Of a stretch of 64,000 bases of DNA, positions 1 through 8,838 are shown piece by piece (position 1 is the first letter of the stretch; each line of letters begins with the position of its first letter). The translations under genes and the position numbers were made by a program. The stretch comes from an uncultured Gemmatimonadaceae bacterium (GTDB taxonomy: Bacteria > Gemmatimonadota > Gemmatimonadetes > Gemmatimonadales > Gemmatimonadaceae). The notes below the pieces were generated by a model, which searched no databases, had not been told where the DNA came from, and saw only the letters and a program-made list of their open reading frames with translations. Location of the stretch: assembly GCA_963781585.1 (NCBI GenBank), contig CAWAGQ010000009.1:32001-96000 (forward strand), read 5' to 3'.

Positions 1-991
1 GCGTGAACTTGATGGCGTTGTCGAGAATGTTCATCGTGAGCCGGCGCAGCAACGCCGCGTCTCCGTCCACGACCGCTTCTTCGTACTCGACAACGGATAC
101 GGTGACGTGCGCCATCTGGGCGACAACAGCTGCCGACTGCGCCGTCTCGAGCACGATGTCGTCGAGGTAGAGGCCGGCCGTAACCTGGGGCCGCTCCCCG
201 GCCTCGGCGCGCGCGAGCACGAAGAGGCTGTCGACCACATGAGCCAGATGCCGCGCCTCGGCGGCGACGCCCTGCAGGGCGGTCACGTAGTCGTCGGTGC
301 TCCGCTCCCGCTGGAGTGCGACCTCGGCTCGCGTTCGGACAATCGTGACCGGGGTGCGAAGCTCGTGTGCCGCGTCGGCCATGAATCGGCGCATGTGCTC
401 AATGGTCTGGCCGACCGGAGCGCTCGCCTTCCGCACGAGGATCCAGCCGCCGCCCCCGACGAGAACAATCGCGGCGACAGCCGCGGCACCGAATGCCGCG
501 ATCAGTTCCGCGTATCGGTCCTCGAGCTCCACACTGCGGTCCACCACCGCAGCAACGAGGGTCGTGCCGTCGGACAGCACGAACCGCTCGGCACGGAGGC
601 GGAGCGTCGTTTCGCTGCCACCATCCCGCTCATCCCGCGCTGTCCCATCGCGCGCCGCGCGCACGGCGGCCTCGCGCACCCAGGGGTCGGCCGCCGTCGG
701 GGAAACCGGATGTCCATCAGCGGTCAGGAGGTACGTGGTCCGCTCGCTCCGTCGCGCCGGATGGTCTGCCGGCGCAGCCCAGGAGCGTTCGACAAGGGCC
801 CGACTCCCCAGTGCCTGCGCGTTCCGGATCGCGTCCGTGGTCGTGACCCGGAGCGAGCGGCGCATTTCGCGCGAGTACTGCTCCCGGATCGCGAAGAACA
901 GCCCGCCGCCCAGGAGCACCAGGATGACGGTCAGCGTGGCGGCGTACCAGGCGGTGAGCCGGACGCGGAGTCTCGACAGCGGTTCAAGCAC
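1..991 (-). CDS. Sensor histidine kinase (3' end runs off the window)
   Basis: Hand translation from GTG 991: VLEPLSRLRVRLTAWYAATLTVILVLLGGGLFF (TM). H-box RRFMADAAHELRTPVT and N-box LRRLTMNILDNAIKFT near position 1-60. Not in the ORF track because it has no stop inside the window. Confidence 0.9.
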   Translation of the reverse strand, partial: MLEPLSRLRVRLTAWYAATLTVILVLLGGGLFFAIREQYSREMRRSLRVTTTDAIRNAQALGSRALVERSWAAPADHPARRSERTTYLLTADGHPVSPTAADPWVREAAVRAARDGTARDERDGGSETTLRLRAERFVLSDGTTLVAAVVDRSVELEDRYAELIAAFGAAAVAAIVLVGGGGWILVRKASAPVGQTIEHMRRFMADAAHELRTPVTIVRTRAEVALQRERSTDDYVTALQGVAAEARHLAHVVDSLFVLARAEAGERPQVTAGLYLDDIVLETAQSAAVVAQMAHVTVSVVEYEEAVVDGDAALLRRLTMNILDNAIKFT

Positions 992-1024
992 GACCCGGCC
1001 TGGCGCAGGTGGAGATGTGTCTGA

Positions 1025-1693
1025 TCATGCTCCGAACCGATATCCTGAGCCTCGGAGGGTATGAATCAGCTTCGGTTCGAACGCATCGTCGATTTTTCTT
1101 CGAAGCCGCCTCACGAGCACCTCGAGCACGTTGGTGAAGGGATCGTGGTTCTCGTCCCATACGTGCGCCGTGATGGACGCGCGGTCCACCACGCGACCCG
1201 CGTGTCGCAGGAAGAGCTCCAGCAAGGCGAATTCCTTCGCGGTGAGGGAGATGTCGACGTCGCCGCGACGGACCGAGTGGGTGGCCAGATTCACCTCGAG
1301 GTCGGCCACCCGCACCACCTCGTGCAGCAGCGAGGCCGGACGGCGCGCGAGCGCCGCCAGTCGAGCCAGCAGTTCGCGAAACGCGAACGGTTTCACGAGA
1401 TAATCGTCCGCACCGACTTCGAGCCCGGTTACGCGGTCGTCGACTGCGTCGCGAGCCGTGAGCATCAGGACCCGTGATGCCACTGCCTGCGCCCGCAGGG
1501 TCCGGCACAACTCGAATCCGGAGCCATCGGGGAGCATCACATCGAGCACGATGACGTCGAACTCTTCGTGCAGGGCCCGCAGGGCCCCGTCGCGAAATCC
1601 GGTGGCCGTTTCCACATGCCATCCTTTCTCCCGGAGCCCCGCCTGGAGCACCGAGCGCAGCTCGTTATCGTCTTCGACGACCAGCACTCGCAT
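1025..1693 (-). CDS. OmpR/PhoB-family response regulator
   Basis: MRVLVVEDD...LDVMLPDGSG...MLTARD...GADDYLVKPF receiver domain plus winged-helix end LIHTLRGSGY. Start taken at ATG 1693. Confidence 0.95.
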   Translation of the reverse strand: MRVLVVEDDNELRSVLQAGLREKGWHVETATGFRDGALRALHEEFDVIVLDVMLPDGSGFELCRTLRAQAVASRVLMLTARDAVDDRVTGLEVGADDYLVKPFAFRELLARLAALARRPASLLHEVVRVADLEVNLATHSVRRGDVDISLTAKEFALLELFLRHAGRVVDRASITAHVWDENHDPFTNVLEVLVRRLRRKIDDAFEPKLIHTLRGSGYRFGA

Positions 1694-1893
1694 CGAACTG
1701 CGGACCCCCGATGTCGCCAATTTTGGTGCGCGGACCGAGACGTTCAATCCCGGGCGTTGCGCCGCGGCGTTCCGCCCGTCACGATCCTTGCGAAATCTGT
1801 GCTGCCATCATGTCGTTGGCGAATCCTATGCCCGGTCACCTGTCATCTCCATGACCTCTGCGACAGGTCGTGACGTTCCCCCTTGCCTGATTC

Positions 1894-2745
1894 ATGACGG
1901 TTGATCCGGGCGATTCCCTGAGCGCCCTCGCGCCGCTGGAGCGGTTCCATGTCCGCGTGGCAACGCGAATGAACCGCGAGCCGTGGAAGGCTTTCTGGAC
2001 GGCGTGCGGGCGACAGATCAACGCCAGGTGGATCTGGGCCATCGCGCGACGGCAAACCCGGGTTCACGGATTCGAGCATGTGGAAGGAACCTCGCCGCTT
2101 CGGCCGGTGCTGCTGGTGGCGAATCATCGCTCGTTCTTCGACATGCACGTGGTGACCTGCCTGCTGTTCCGGCGCCTTCGGCGCCGCATGCGCATCTATT
2201 TCCCCGTCCGCGGCCGATACTACTACGAGACTGTGGGTGGCATGGCGCTGAATTGTTTCGGAGCCTTCTGGGCCATGTACCCCCCACTTTTCACGCACGC
2301 CACGCACCAGGCCTTCGATCGGTACTCGCTCGAGGTTCTCATCAATCTCTGCCGCGTGGGTGAGGGCCACTTCATCGGGATTCATCCGGAGGGCGGACGC
2401 AATCGTGATGCGGATCCGTACTCCTTCCGCCGCATCCAGCCTGGGACGGGGCGGATCATCCACGCCGCGGCGCCCCAAGTGATTCCAGTCTTCATCGCGG
2501 GACTCGGCAACAGCCTGCGCCGACATATCGCGGCGAACTGGCGCGGCGGAGAACCGATTCGCGTGCACTTCGGCCCGCCGGTCGAGATCACACCATTTCT
2601 GTCCCTGCCGCCGAAGGGAAGCACCTACAAGACCATCACCGAGCATGTGATGTCCTGCGTGCGGGACCTGGCCGAGCAGGATCGCGTGCTATACGCGTCA
2701 GACGCTCCGTCTCGGCCGGGGTGGCCCGATCCAGCGGGATCCTAG
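1894..2745 (+). CDS. Lysophospholipid/1-acyl-glycerol-3-phosphate acyltransferase family (PlsC-like)
   Basis: NHRSFFD (HxxxxD) and HPEGGR motifs. Confidence 0.85.
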   Translation: MTVDPGDSLSALAPLERFHVRVATRMNREPWKAFWTACGRQINARWIWAIARRQTRVHGFEHVEGTSPLRPVLLVANHRSFFDMHVVTCLLFRRLRRRMRIYFPVRGRYYYETVGGMALNCFGAFWAMYPPLFTHATHQAFDRYSLEVLINLCRVGEGHFIGIHPEGGRNRDADPYSFRRIQPGTGRIIHAAAPQVIPVFIAGLGNSLRRHIAANWRGGEPIRVHFGPPVEITPFLSLPPKGSTYKTITEHVMSCVRDLAEQDRVLYASDAPSRPGWPDPAGS

Positions 2746-3719
2746 TCCTTGCGTCGCCCGGTAGAGGCTGCCGGCTGGGTGCGAGACTGTCCCTTGCCCA
2801 TGCGCTGCGCCGCCCTGGTCTGGTACGCGGCGTCGGGCGGCGGGTTGCCGTTCGGCCAGTCGAGCTCCTTCCCCGGCAGATCGGGGCGTGGCCGCGACGT
2901 GATGAGCGTAGCCAGATCGTAGGCCTGCTGCAGCGTCAACGTCCCAGGCGCGTTCTGCGGCATGACATGTTTGATCCATGCCGTCGCCTGATAGAGTCGC
3001 GCCATCCCGGCGCCGATGTTGAATGAGCGCGGCCCCCACAGCGGCGGTGCAAGATCGGTTCCGAGTCCGTTGGGTCCGTGGCAGGCGACACACTTCTCCG
3101 CGAAGACCTGCTTCGCGCGCAGCGTGTCGCCGGGCGGCGGATTCAGCGGCAGGGAATCGATGTGCGGCAACCCCTGCCCCTCCACCCGCGACCCCACGGG
3201 ATACCCGTTGGAGAGGAAGGCCATGTACGCCACCATGTCGCGCATGTCGCGACCGGCAATCGGGAGCGGCTTGCCGTTCAGACTGCGCAGGAAGCAGTCG
3301 TTGATGCGATCCTCGATCGTTTGCGGATACGCCGAGCGACTCCGGTACTGCGGGTACCGCGCATATGCGCCAATCCAGGGCATGGCGTTGCGGAGCGTGC
3401 CGTCGTTTGGGTGGCAGCTGATGCACTGCAGTGCGTTCCCTACGTGGCGGGTCAGGGAATCCCGGGTGTCCCGCAACAACGCCCGTCCGCGGCGAATCGA
3501 TTGCAGGAGCGCCGGGTTGTCGATCTCGCTCTCGCTGGGAATGCGGAATACCACGCGCGAGACGGGGACGGGGGCCACCGTCACGCCGGTGTCGAGGGTC
3601 GCGTCGGCCGCCGTCTCACCGGGCGATGTATGCACGACCTTGCAGCCGCACACGCATGCTACGGCGGCGAAACCAACGAGCTCCCGCACGCCAGCAGGCT
3701 TTCTTCTCAGACCCATCAT
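2742..3719 (-). CDS. tsdA: Diheme c-type cytochrome of the TsdA thiosulfate dehydrogenase/tetrathionate reductase family, probably exported or a lipoprotein
   Basis: Two CxxCH sites (CISCH, CVACH), RINDCFLRSLNG with the catalytic Cys, PPLWG..SFNIGAGMAR and MPQ. N-terminal hydrophobic segment ending VACVCGC. GAGG RBS before ATG 3719. Confidence 0.8.
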   Translation of the reverse strand: MMGLRRKPAGVRELVGFAAVACVCGCKVVHTSPGETAADATLDTGVTVAPVPVSRVVFRIPSESEIDNPALLQSIRRGRALLRDTRDSLTRHVGNALQCISCHPNDGTLRNAMPWIGAYARYPQYRSRSAYPQTIEDRINDCFLRSLNGKPLPIAGRDMRDMVAYMAFLSNGYPVGSRVEGQGLPHIDSLPLNPPPGDTLRAKQVFAEKCVACHGPNGLGTDLAPPLWGPRSFNIGAGMARLYQATAWIKHVMPQNAPGTLTLQQAYDLATLITSRPRPDLPGKELDWPNGNPPPDAAYQTRAAQRMGKGQSRTQPAASTGRRKD

Positions 3720-4022
3720 CAAGTCCTCTCTGGAACTCCACCCCGTCCCGGCGGCGCCGTTGCGGTTCGAGGTGTTGTGCAGAATCAACAATCCCGCCGA
3801 CCGGCACCGCGTTCCGGCGCTGACGACGGCCTCTCGATGCAGATTACGGCGCGCCCAACGTGCACGATAGAGCGATGGCAGACGCGACGCAGGCGTCCCC
3901 GGGCCGGCGCGGGCCTTGCGCGCACGAGTGTGAGCGGTGCTTCATGCACGCACGGGCGCGCATCCCGACTGCACTGCGGCGGTGCGGCGAGCGCCCGCAG
4001 CGGTTCACCCGGCCTGAGCGAC

Positions 4023-4946
4023 ATGACACGCACCGTACGCCTGATCGGCGCCGGAATCTCCGTCTGCACCGCGCTGCTGGTCGCCGCGCGGCCGGGTGGC
4101 GCGCAAGCATCCGGCTCGATCCTGGTCTCCACGCAATGGCTCGAACAGCACCTCCGCGATGCCGACCTCGTGGTGATCCACACCTCGGGCCAGAAGTCCG
4201 ACTACGATGCCGGTCATGTGCCGGGTGCCCGGTTTCTGCCGTTGCAGGCCTATACGACGCAACGCGACGGGCTGTCGAGCGAGCTGCCGGATCCAGCCCT
4301 CCTCGATTCGGCGCTCGAGGCTATAGGCGTCTCCGACCATTCGCGCATCGTCGTGACCGGGGGGCCGATCACGAACACGGCGCGTCTCTTCTTCACGCTG
4401 GACTACTTCGGCCTCGGCGCGCGCCTTTCGTTGCTCGATGGAGGCATCGATGCCTGGCGTGAGGAGGGGCACCCGCTCGAACGTGCCGCTCCACCGACGC
4501 CCCGCGGCACCGTGACGCTGCGCCCCCAGCCGGACAAGCGGGTCGACGCGCACTGGATCATGGCGAAGGCCGGCTTGCAGGGCGGTCATGTGGCCGTGCT
4601 CGATGCGCGGGTCCCGGAGTATTTCGAAGGGCTGCTGGCCAACAACACGCCACGGGCCGGCCACCTTCCGACCGCGAAGAACGTTCCGTATAGCTGGCTG
4701 ACGGGTGAACTCACCCGGTTTCGCGACCGCGACAAGCTGGCGCGGCTCTTCGCACGTGCGGGGGTCACGCCGGGTGACACGGTGGTCACGTACTGTCACA
4801 TCGGCATGCAGGCCAGCGTGCTGTACGTGGCGGCGCGCGTACTCGGCTATCCCGCGGCGGTGTACGACGGCTCCTTCGAGGACTGGAGCCGGCGCAGTGA
4901 ACTTCCGGTCACCGGCGCGGTCCCCGCGCGACCCCCGCATCACTAG
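4023..4946 (+). CDS. Exported tandem-domain rhodanese/sulfurtransferase
   Basis: Signal peptide ending AQA. GHVPGA, LLDGG, GHLPTA, active-site YCHIGMQAS and YDGSFEDWS signature. Confidence 0.9.
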   Translation: MTRTVRLIGAGISVCTALLVAARPGGAQASGSILVSTQWLEQHLRDADLVVIHTSGQKSDYDAGHVPGARFLPLQAYTTQRDGLSSELPDPALLDSALEAIGVSDHSRIVVTGGPITNTARLFFTLDYFGLGARLSLLDGGIDAWREEGHPLERAAPPTPRGTVTLRPQPDKRVDAHWIMAKAGLQGGHVAVLDARVPEYFEGLLANNTPRAGHLPTAKNVPYSWLTGELTRFRDRDKLARLFARAGVTPGDTVVTYCHIGMQASVLYVAARVLGYPAAVYDGSFEDWSRRSELPVTGAVPARPPHH

Positions 4947-4956
4947 GGCCCATTGC

Positions 4957-4990
4957 GCCACGGGCCGCCCCAATCGGGGCGGCCCGTGGC
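4957..4990. terminator. Perfect 15-bp hairpin between convergent genes (probable bidirectional terminator)
   Basis: GCCACGGGCCGCCCC-AATC-GGGGCGGCCCGTGGC; no clear U-tract. Confidence 0.6.
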
Positions 4991-5012
4991 AGGCTGGAGT
5001 GAAAAACAGGCG

Positions 5013-5645
5013 TCAGAATCCGAGATTGAGGCCCACGCCGAACATCCAGTTGTGCGCGGTGTTTCCGGTCAGGTTCAGACCGGTCGCCTCCTTGAAATCG
5101 AACTTACCGACGTAGTCCTTCGCCATGGCGCGCAGCCCGAGGGCGCGAGTGACCTGGACATCCACGCCTCCACCGAAGTTGGCGGCGAAGTTGGTGGCAC
5201 GGGTGGTGAGCGATGCAGCGGTCACTTCGTAGCGTATCGCGCCCGCACCCGCCTCCACGTAGGGCACCAGTCCGGTGCCCGACGCGCTGAGGACCGGAAG
5301 CCGGAACTGGAGACCGCCGTCGTACAGCAGTGCCTTCGTGTCGGCGATCTTGAGACCGCCGATCAGGGGTAGTCCCACCTCGAGGTTGGAGTCGGTGTAC
5401 CCGACATTCCCCACAAGGGCGACGTTGGGAACGAGCGAGATACCCAGCTGGGCCCCATAGATGACCGATCCCTGATTCGAGAGGTACGTGCCGATCGGAC
5501 CGGTCGCAATGTTGCCGAAGGTGATGTAGCCGACATATGGCGTGAGGCGCGCCACCGAGGAGCCAGTGCTTCGCTGGGCCTGAGCGACTCCGGGAAGCCC
5601 GGCCAGGACGAGCGAGATCAAGGTGCGAACAAAGCGTGCGTTCAT
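5013..5645 (-). CDS. Outer-membrane beta-barrel protein
   Basis: Signal peptide ending AQA, alternating beta-strands (PYVEAGAG, NFGGGVDV) and C-terminal Phe (GVGLNLGF). Confidence 0.8.
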   Translation of the reverse strand: MNARFVRTLISLVLAGLPGVAQAQRSTGSSVARLTPYVGYITFGNIATGPIGTYLSNQGSVIYGAQLGISLVPNVALVGNVGYTDSNLEVGLPLIGGLKIADTKALLYDGGLQFRLPVLSASGTGLVPYVEAGAGAIRYEVTAASLTTRATNFAANFGGGVDVQVTRALGLRAMAKDYVGKFDFKEATGLNLTGNTAHNWMFGVGLNLGF

Positions 5646-5805
5646 TGGGGTCCCCCTGGAAAGGTCGAATTCTCCGAGCGCCCACCAGTAAGGCATGCCC
5701 AATGCCGTATCGTCGCGTCGCCTCAAGTGGCCGGACCGGCGGGACTTGCGAGCGCGCGGCCGATTGGCCGGAATCCCGATGTCCACCACCAGGGACGCCC
5801 GCATG

Positions 5806-7176
5806 TCACCGCGCGGTCCCCAGCTCCTCCCATAGCATGGCGACCGCCTTCATCCCTGTCCGGAAGTTCTCGTCGCTCATCCACTCGTTGGGCGCATGGG
5901 CGTTCTCTCCTGGGAGTCCAAAGCCCAACAGCAGAACGGGGCTTCCCAGGATCCGACGGAAGTCATCAACCACGGGAATCGAGCCGCCCTCACCGGCCAG
6001 CACAGGTGCCTTTCCGAACGCGCGCTGCAGCGCGCGCCGCCCCGCTTCGAAGAGCGGCCCTTCGAGCGAGGCACGCCACGGCCGGCCACCGTGAAGCGGT
6101 GTCACCCTGACCGTCACCCCAGGTGGTGCCACTCGTTGCACGTGCGCCCGCAACAGCCCGGTGATCGTGTCAGGATCCTGATCGGGGACCAGGCGACAGC
6201 TGACCTTCGCCATCGCCTTCGAGGGCAACACAGTTTTGGCTCCCTCTCCCGTATAGCCACTCAGGAGCCCGTTCACCTCGAGGGTTGGACGCGACCAGAT
6301 CCGCTCGAGCGTAGAGTATCCCGTTTCGCCACCGAGGGCGGGCCCTCCCGTTTGGCGCCGGAATGTGTCGTCATCAAACGGCAGGGTTCGGATCTGCTCG
6401 CGAACCTCGGGTTCCCACTCGCGCACGAGATCGTAGAACCCTGGAATGGCAATCCGACCCTGGCTGTCATGAAAACTGGCGATGATCCGGGCCAGCGCGG
6501 CGGCGGGATTCACGACCGCCCCGCCGTAGCTGCCGGAGTGCAGGTCGGTGGACGGCCCCTGCACATCGATCTGCACGTAGGTCATTCCGCGGAGCGAGAA
6601 GAGGAGCGACGGGAGACCCGGCGCGAACATCGACGAGTCGGAGATCACCACTCCGTCGCACGCAAGCCGCGCGGCGTTGGCTTCGATGAAACCGGGCAGG
6701 TGTTCGCTGCCCACTTCTTCCTCGCCTTCCGCCACCACAATCACGTTTACGGGAAGGTGCCCAGTGGTGGCGAGGTGCGCTTCGATGGCCTTTACGTGCA
6801 GGTAGAGCTGCCCCTTGTCGTCGACCGACCCACGCGCGTAGATGCGCCCGTTCCGCACGACCGGATCGAAGGGCGGTGATTCCCACAGGTCCAGGGGCTC
6901 GGCCGGCTGCACGTCGTAGTGGCCGTAGACCAGGATGGTCTTCGCGGCCGGTCCTGCTCCGCGCCACTCGCCGAGGACTATGGGGTGGCCGGCGGTGGGA
7001 TGGACCTCGGCGGTAAGACCGGCCGCGCGCATGCGTTGGGCGAGCCACTCGGCCGCGCGGCCTGTATCGGCCTGATGCTCGGAGCGAGCGCTGACGCTCG
7101 GAATGCGCAGGAAGTCGAACAGTTCCTCGTGGAAGCGGGCATCGTTGGCGTCGAGGAACGACAGGATCTGGCTCAT
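5806..7176 (-). CDS. M20-family metallopeptidase (dipeptidase, ArgE/DapE-like)
   Basis: YGHYDVQP, ARGSVDDKGQ, EGEEEVGS, DLHSG and NAHAPNE. Start MSQILSF. Confidence 0.95.
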   Translation of the reverse strand: MSQILSFLDANDARFHEELFDFLRIPSVSARSEHQADTGRAAEWLAQRMRAAGLTAEVHPTAGHPIVLGEWRGAGPAAKTILVYGHYDVQPAEPLDLWESPPFDPVVRNGRIYARGSVDDKGQLYLHVKAIEAHLATTGHLPVNVIVVAEGEEEVGSEHLPGFIEANAARLACDGVVISDSSMFAPGLPSLLFSLRGMTYVQIDVQGPSTDLHSGSYGGAVVNPAAALARIIASFHDSQGRIAIPGFYDLVREWEPEVREQIRTLPFDDDTFRRQTGGPALGGETGYSTLERIWSRPTLEVNGLLSGYTGEGAKTVLPSKAMAKVSCRLVPDQDPDTITGLLRAHVQRVAPPGVTVRVTPLHGGRPWRASLEGPLFEAGRRALQRAFGKAPVLAGEGGSIPVVDDFRRILGSPVLLLGFGLPGENAHAPNEWMSDENFRTGMKAVAMLWEELGTAR

Positions 7177-7366
7177 GCTCGGGGCTGGAAGGGGTGGTGG
7201 CGACAGTCGGTGACGGCTGGTGATCGAACCTGCTGCATGGTGCGCGTTGGCACAATGCGTCCGGCGGGCCAACCGAGCCGGCGTTAGGCAGCCGGGCGCC
7301 GGAGGAACTGACACGCTTGCCGCCGGGTGCGACCGGGAGTCGGGACCTCAGCGGCTACCGTGCATC

Positions 7367-7443
7367 TAACTGGCAACATGCATATTGCCGGTCCAAGAAC
7401 GAGAGTCCGCAATTATATCTGGCATTAATACATTTGTCGGTTA
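7367..7443. promoter_or_regulatory. Two tandem imperfect 28-bp palindromes (putative operators) in an AT-rich divergent promoter
   Basis: TAACTGGCAA-N8-TTGCCGGTCC (7367-7394) and TATCTGGCAT-N8-TTGTCGGTTA (7416-7443). Confidence 0.55.
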
Positions 7444-7517
7444 GATTGCCGTCCGTGGCCAGGACCAATGGCTCAATGGGCGGCTCGACATACCGTCGCA
7501 ATAAACCGGAACTCCCA

Positions 7518-8228
7518 GTGTCCCATCAGGTTGCGGCAGACGACGCCTCGCCCCGGTCCAGCGGCACCGAGCCTGGCTCGCGGAGGGCGCTCTGCATCGC
7601 GTTCGCAAATTCGGCTCGATGGACGGAGAACCGGCCGCATATGGACAGCCTGTCCAGCGTGGATGGTGTCGCTCAGTGGCTCATGCAATCGGCGCTCATG
7701 GCTCGAACTGACGCAGATGCCGTCATCGAGAGAGCGCGTGTCGACCCCGCATCGGCCGAGCGCGTCGTCTCCATCGTGGCCCATCATCGCAAGGTCGTGC
7801 GAACGCTACTCATCAAGGCGGCAGCCGGGCCCGGTATCAGCGACTCCGATCTCGGGCCGGTGAACGAGCTCCTTGAAGACGCAATGTCCAGGTTCCGCCT
7901 CTGTGCGACTCATTCGGGGATCCGATGGCAGGCGGCCGCCGGGGCCGCCCCGTCGCGCGCGTTGGCAACGATCGCGTGGTCCGCGGTAGACGTGCTCACG
8001 ACGCCGGCCCTGGCGGTCCGGCTGCGCTGTTGCGCGGAACCAGGATGTGGAACGCTGTTTCTCGACCAGAGTCGAAACGCCTCACGCCGATGGTGTGACA
8101 TGCGCGGGTGCGGGAATCGCGCGAAGGCACGTCGTCATTACGCGCGCCGTCGTGGCGCGCGAGGCCCCGGGGAGTTGCGCCGTGTGCCGGTGGAGCCGCG
8201 GGGCGCGCAGGCGGACGGGGTGCGTTAG
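7518..8228 (+). CDS. ABATE/CGNR zinc-finger domain protein (putative regulator); start uncertain
   Basis: LCIAFANS at the N-terminus and C-terminal C..PGC..LFLDQSRNASRRWCDMRGCGNRAKARRHY. Confidence 0.85.
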   Translation: MSHQVAADDASPRSSGTEPGSRRALCIAFANSARWTENRPHMDSLSSVDGVAQWLMQSALMARTDADAVIERARVDPASAERVVSIVAHHRKVVRTLLIKAAAGPGISDSDLGPVNELLEDAMSRFRLCATHSGIRWQAAAGAAPSRALATIAWSAVDVLTTPALAVRLRCCAEPGCGTLFLDQSRNASRRWCDMRGCGNRAKARRHYARRRGARGPGELRRVPVEPRGAQADGVR

Positions 8229-8268
8229 CGGCCCCGCGCTCTTACCTTGAGGCGGCGCTCCCGCGCTC

Positions 8269-8320
8269 GGCGATGGAGTTCGCCGCGTGTGCCAGCGATC
8301 GGCTGGATGATGACTCCTGC
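8269..8320 (+). ncRNA. Fluoride (crcB) riboswitch
   Basis: GGCGATGGAGTTCGCC (P1), CCAGC/GCTGG (P2), then GATGACTCCTGC with the GGAGT/ACTCC pseudoknot. Lies upstream of a crcB operon. Confidence 0.92.
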
Positions 8321-8362
8321 GCACTTTACGCCACGAGTTGCCTTTCACCGGGACACCGGCCG

Positions 8363-8824
8363 ATGACGAGCGACATCCTCAACGAGCATCAACGACGTCA
8401 CTATCACGTCCTGCTCTCGATGCTCGCCCAGAGCGCCTCACGAGTGGAGGCGTTGTCGACCCCCCGATCGTCCGACGACTCGGCGCTGATCGAGTACCGC
8501 AACGATCTGCCGAACGAGTTTGCGGCTCGCATCGCACCGCATCTGCGATCGCTTCGAGACATGCTCGCGCGGCTGGCGACGGAACTGGACATCGCGCCGA
8601 AGCAGATCTCCCGTCGCAACTCGGTTCGGGCCATTCTCGTCTCCGAGATCGTCCGGATCGAAGACAGCATGGCCGGCGGCCTTCGCGGCTACGGCGAGGT
8701 GGACAGCCGGGTCCGGGAGCGCCTCGATCCCATGCTGGACCAGATGGTGGGGCAACTGCGCGCGATACGGCGGGTGCTCGAAGGCCACGATGGCGCACCG
8801 GCCGATCCCGTCGCGGCGGCGTGA
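8363..8824 (+). CDS. Hypothetical helical protein (153 aa), first gene after the fluoride riboswitch
   Basis: MTSDILNEHQRR...LRGYGEVD...; typical codon usage; ends 14 nt before crcB. Confidence 0.75.
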   Translation: MTSDILNEHQRRHYHVLLSMLAQSASRVEALSTPRSSDDSALIEYRNDLPNEFAARIAPHLRSLRDMLARLATELDIAPKQISRRNSVRAILVSEIVRIEDSMAGGLRGYGEVDSRVRERLDPMLDQMVGQLRAIRRVLEGHDGAPADPVAAA

Positions 8825-8838
8825 GGAGGGGGGGGCAC

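Noticed and set aside
992..1027. Selenocysteine or stop read-through fusing regulator and kinase (in-frame TGA)
   Set aside because: The regulator ends at its normal family terminus, the kinase begins with a TM segment, and no SECIS-like hairpin or Cys-equivalent position is evident.
3904..3920. Sigma-54-like GG-N10-GC upstream of the rhodanese
   Set aside because: The match is nearly all G/C and is likely by chance at this base composition.
3078..4022. N-terminal 315 aa of the 622-aa ORF, suggesting a fused rhodanese
   Set aside because: This part is antisense to tsdA; the real gene starts at ATG 4023 with a signal peptide.
7364..7446. attC-like site: ATCTAAC...GTTAGAT fits RYYYAAC/GTTRRRY with an imperfect fold-back
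   Set aside because: It lies in a divergent promoter rather than at a gene end, there is no integrase or cassette array, and two tandem palindromic operators explain the symmetry better.
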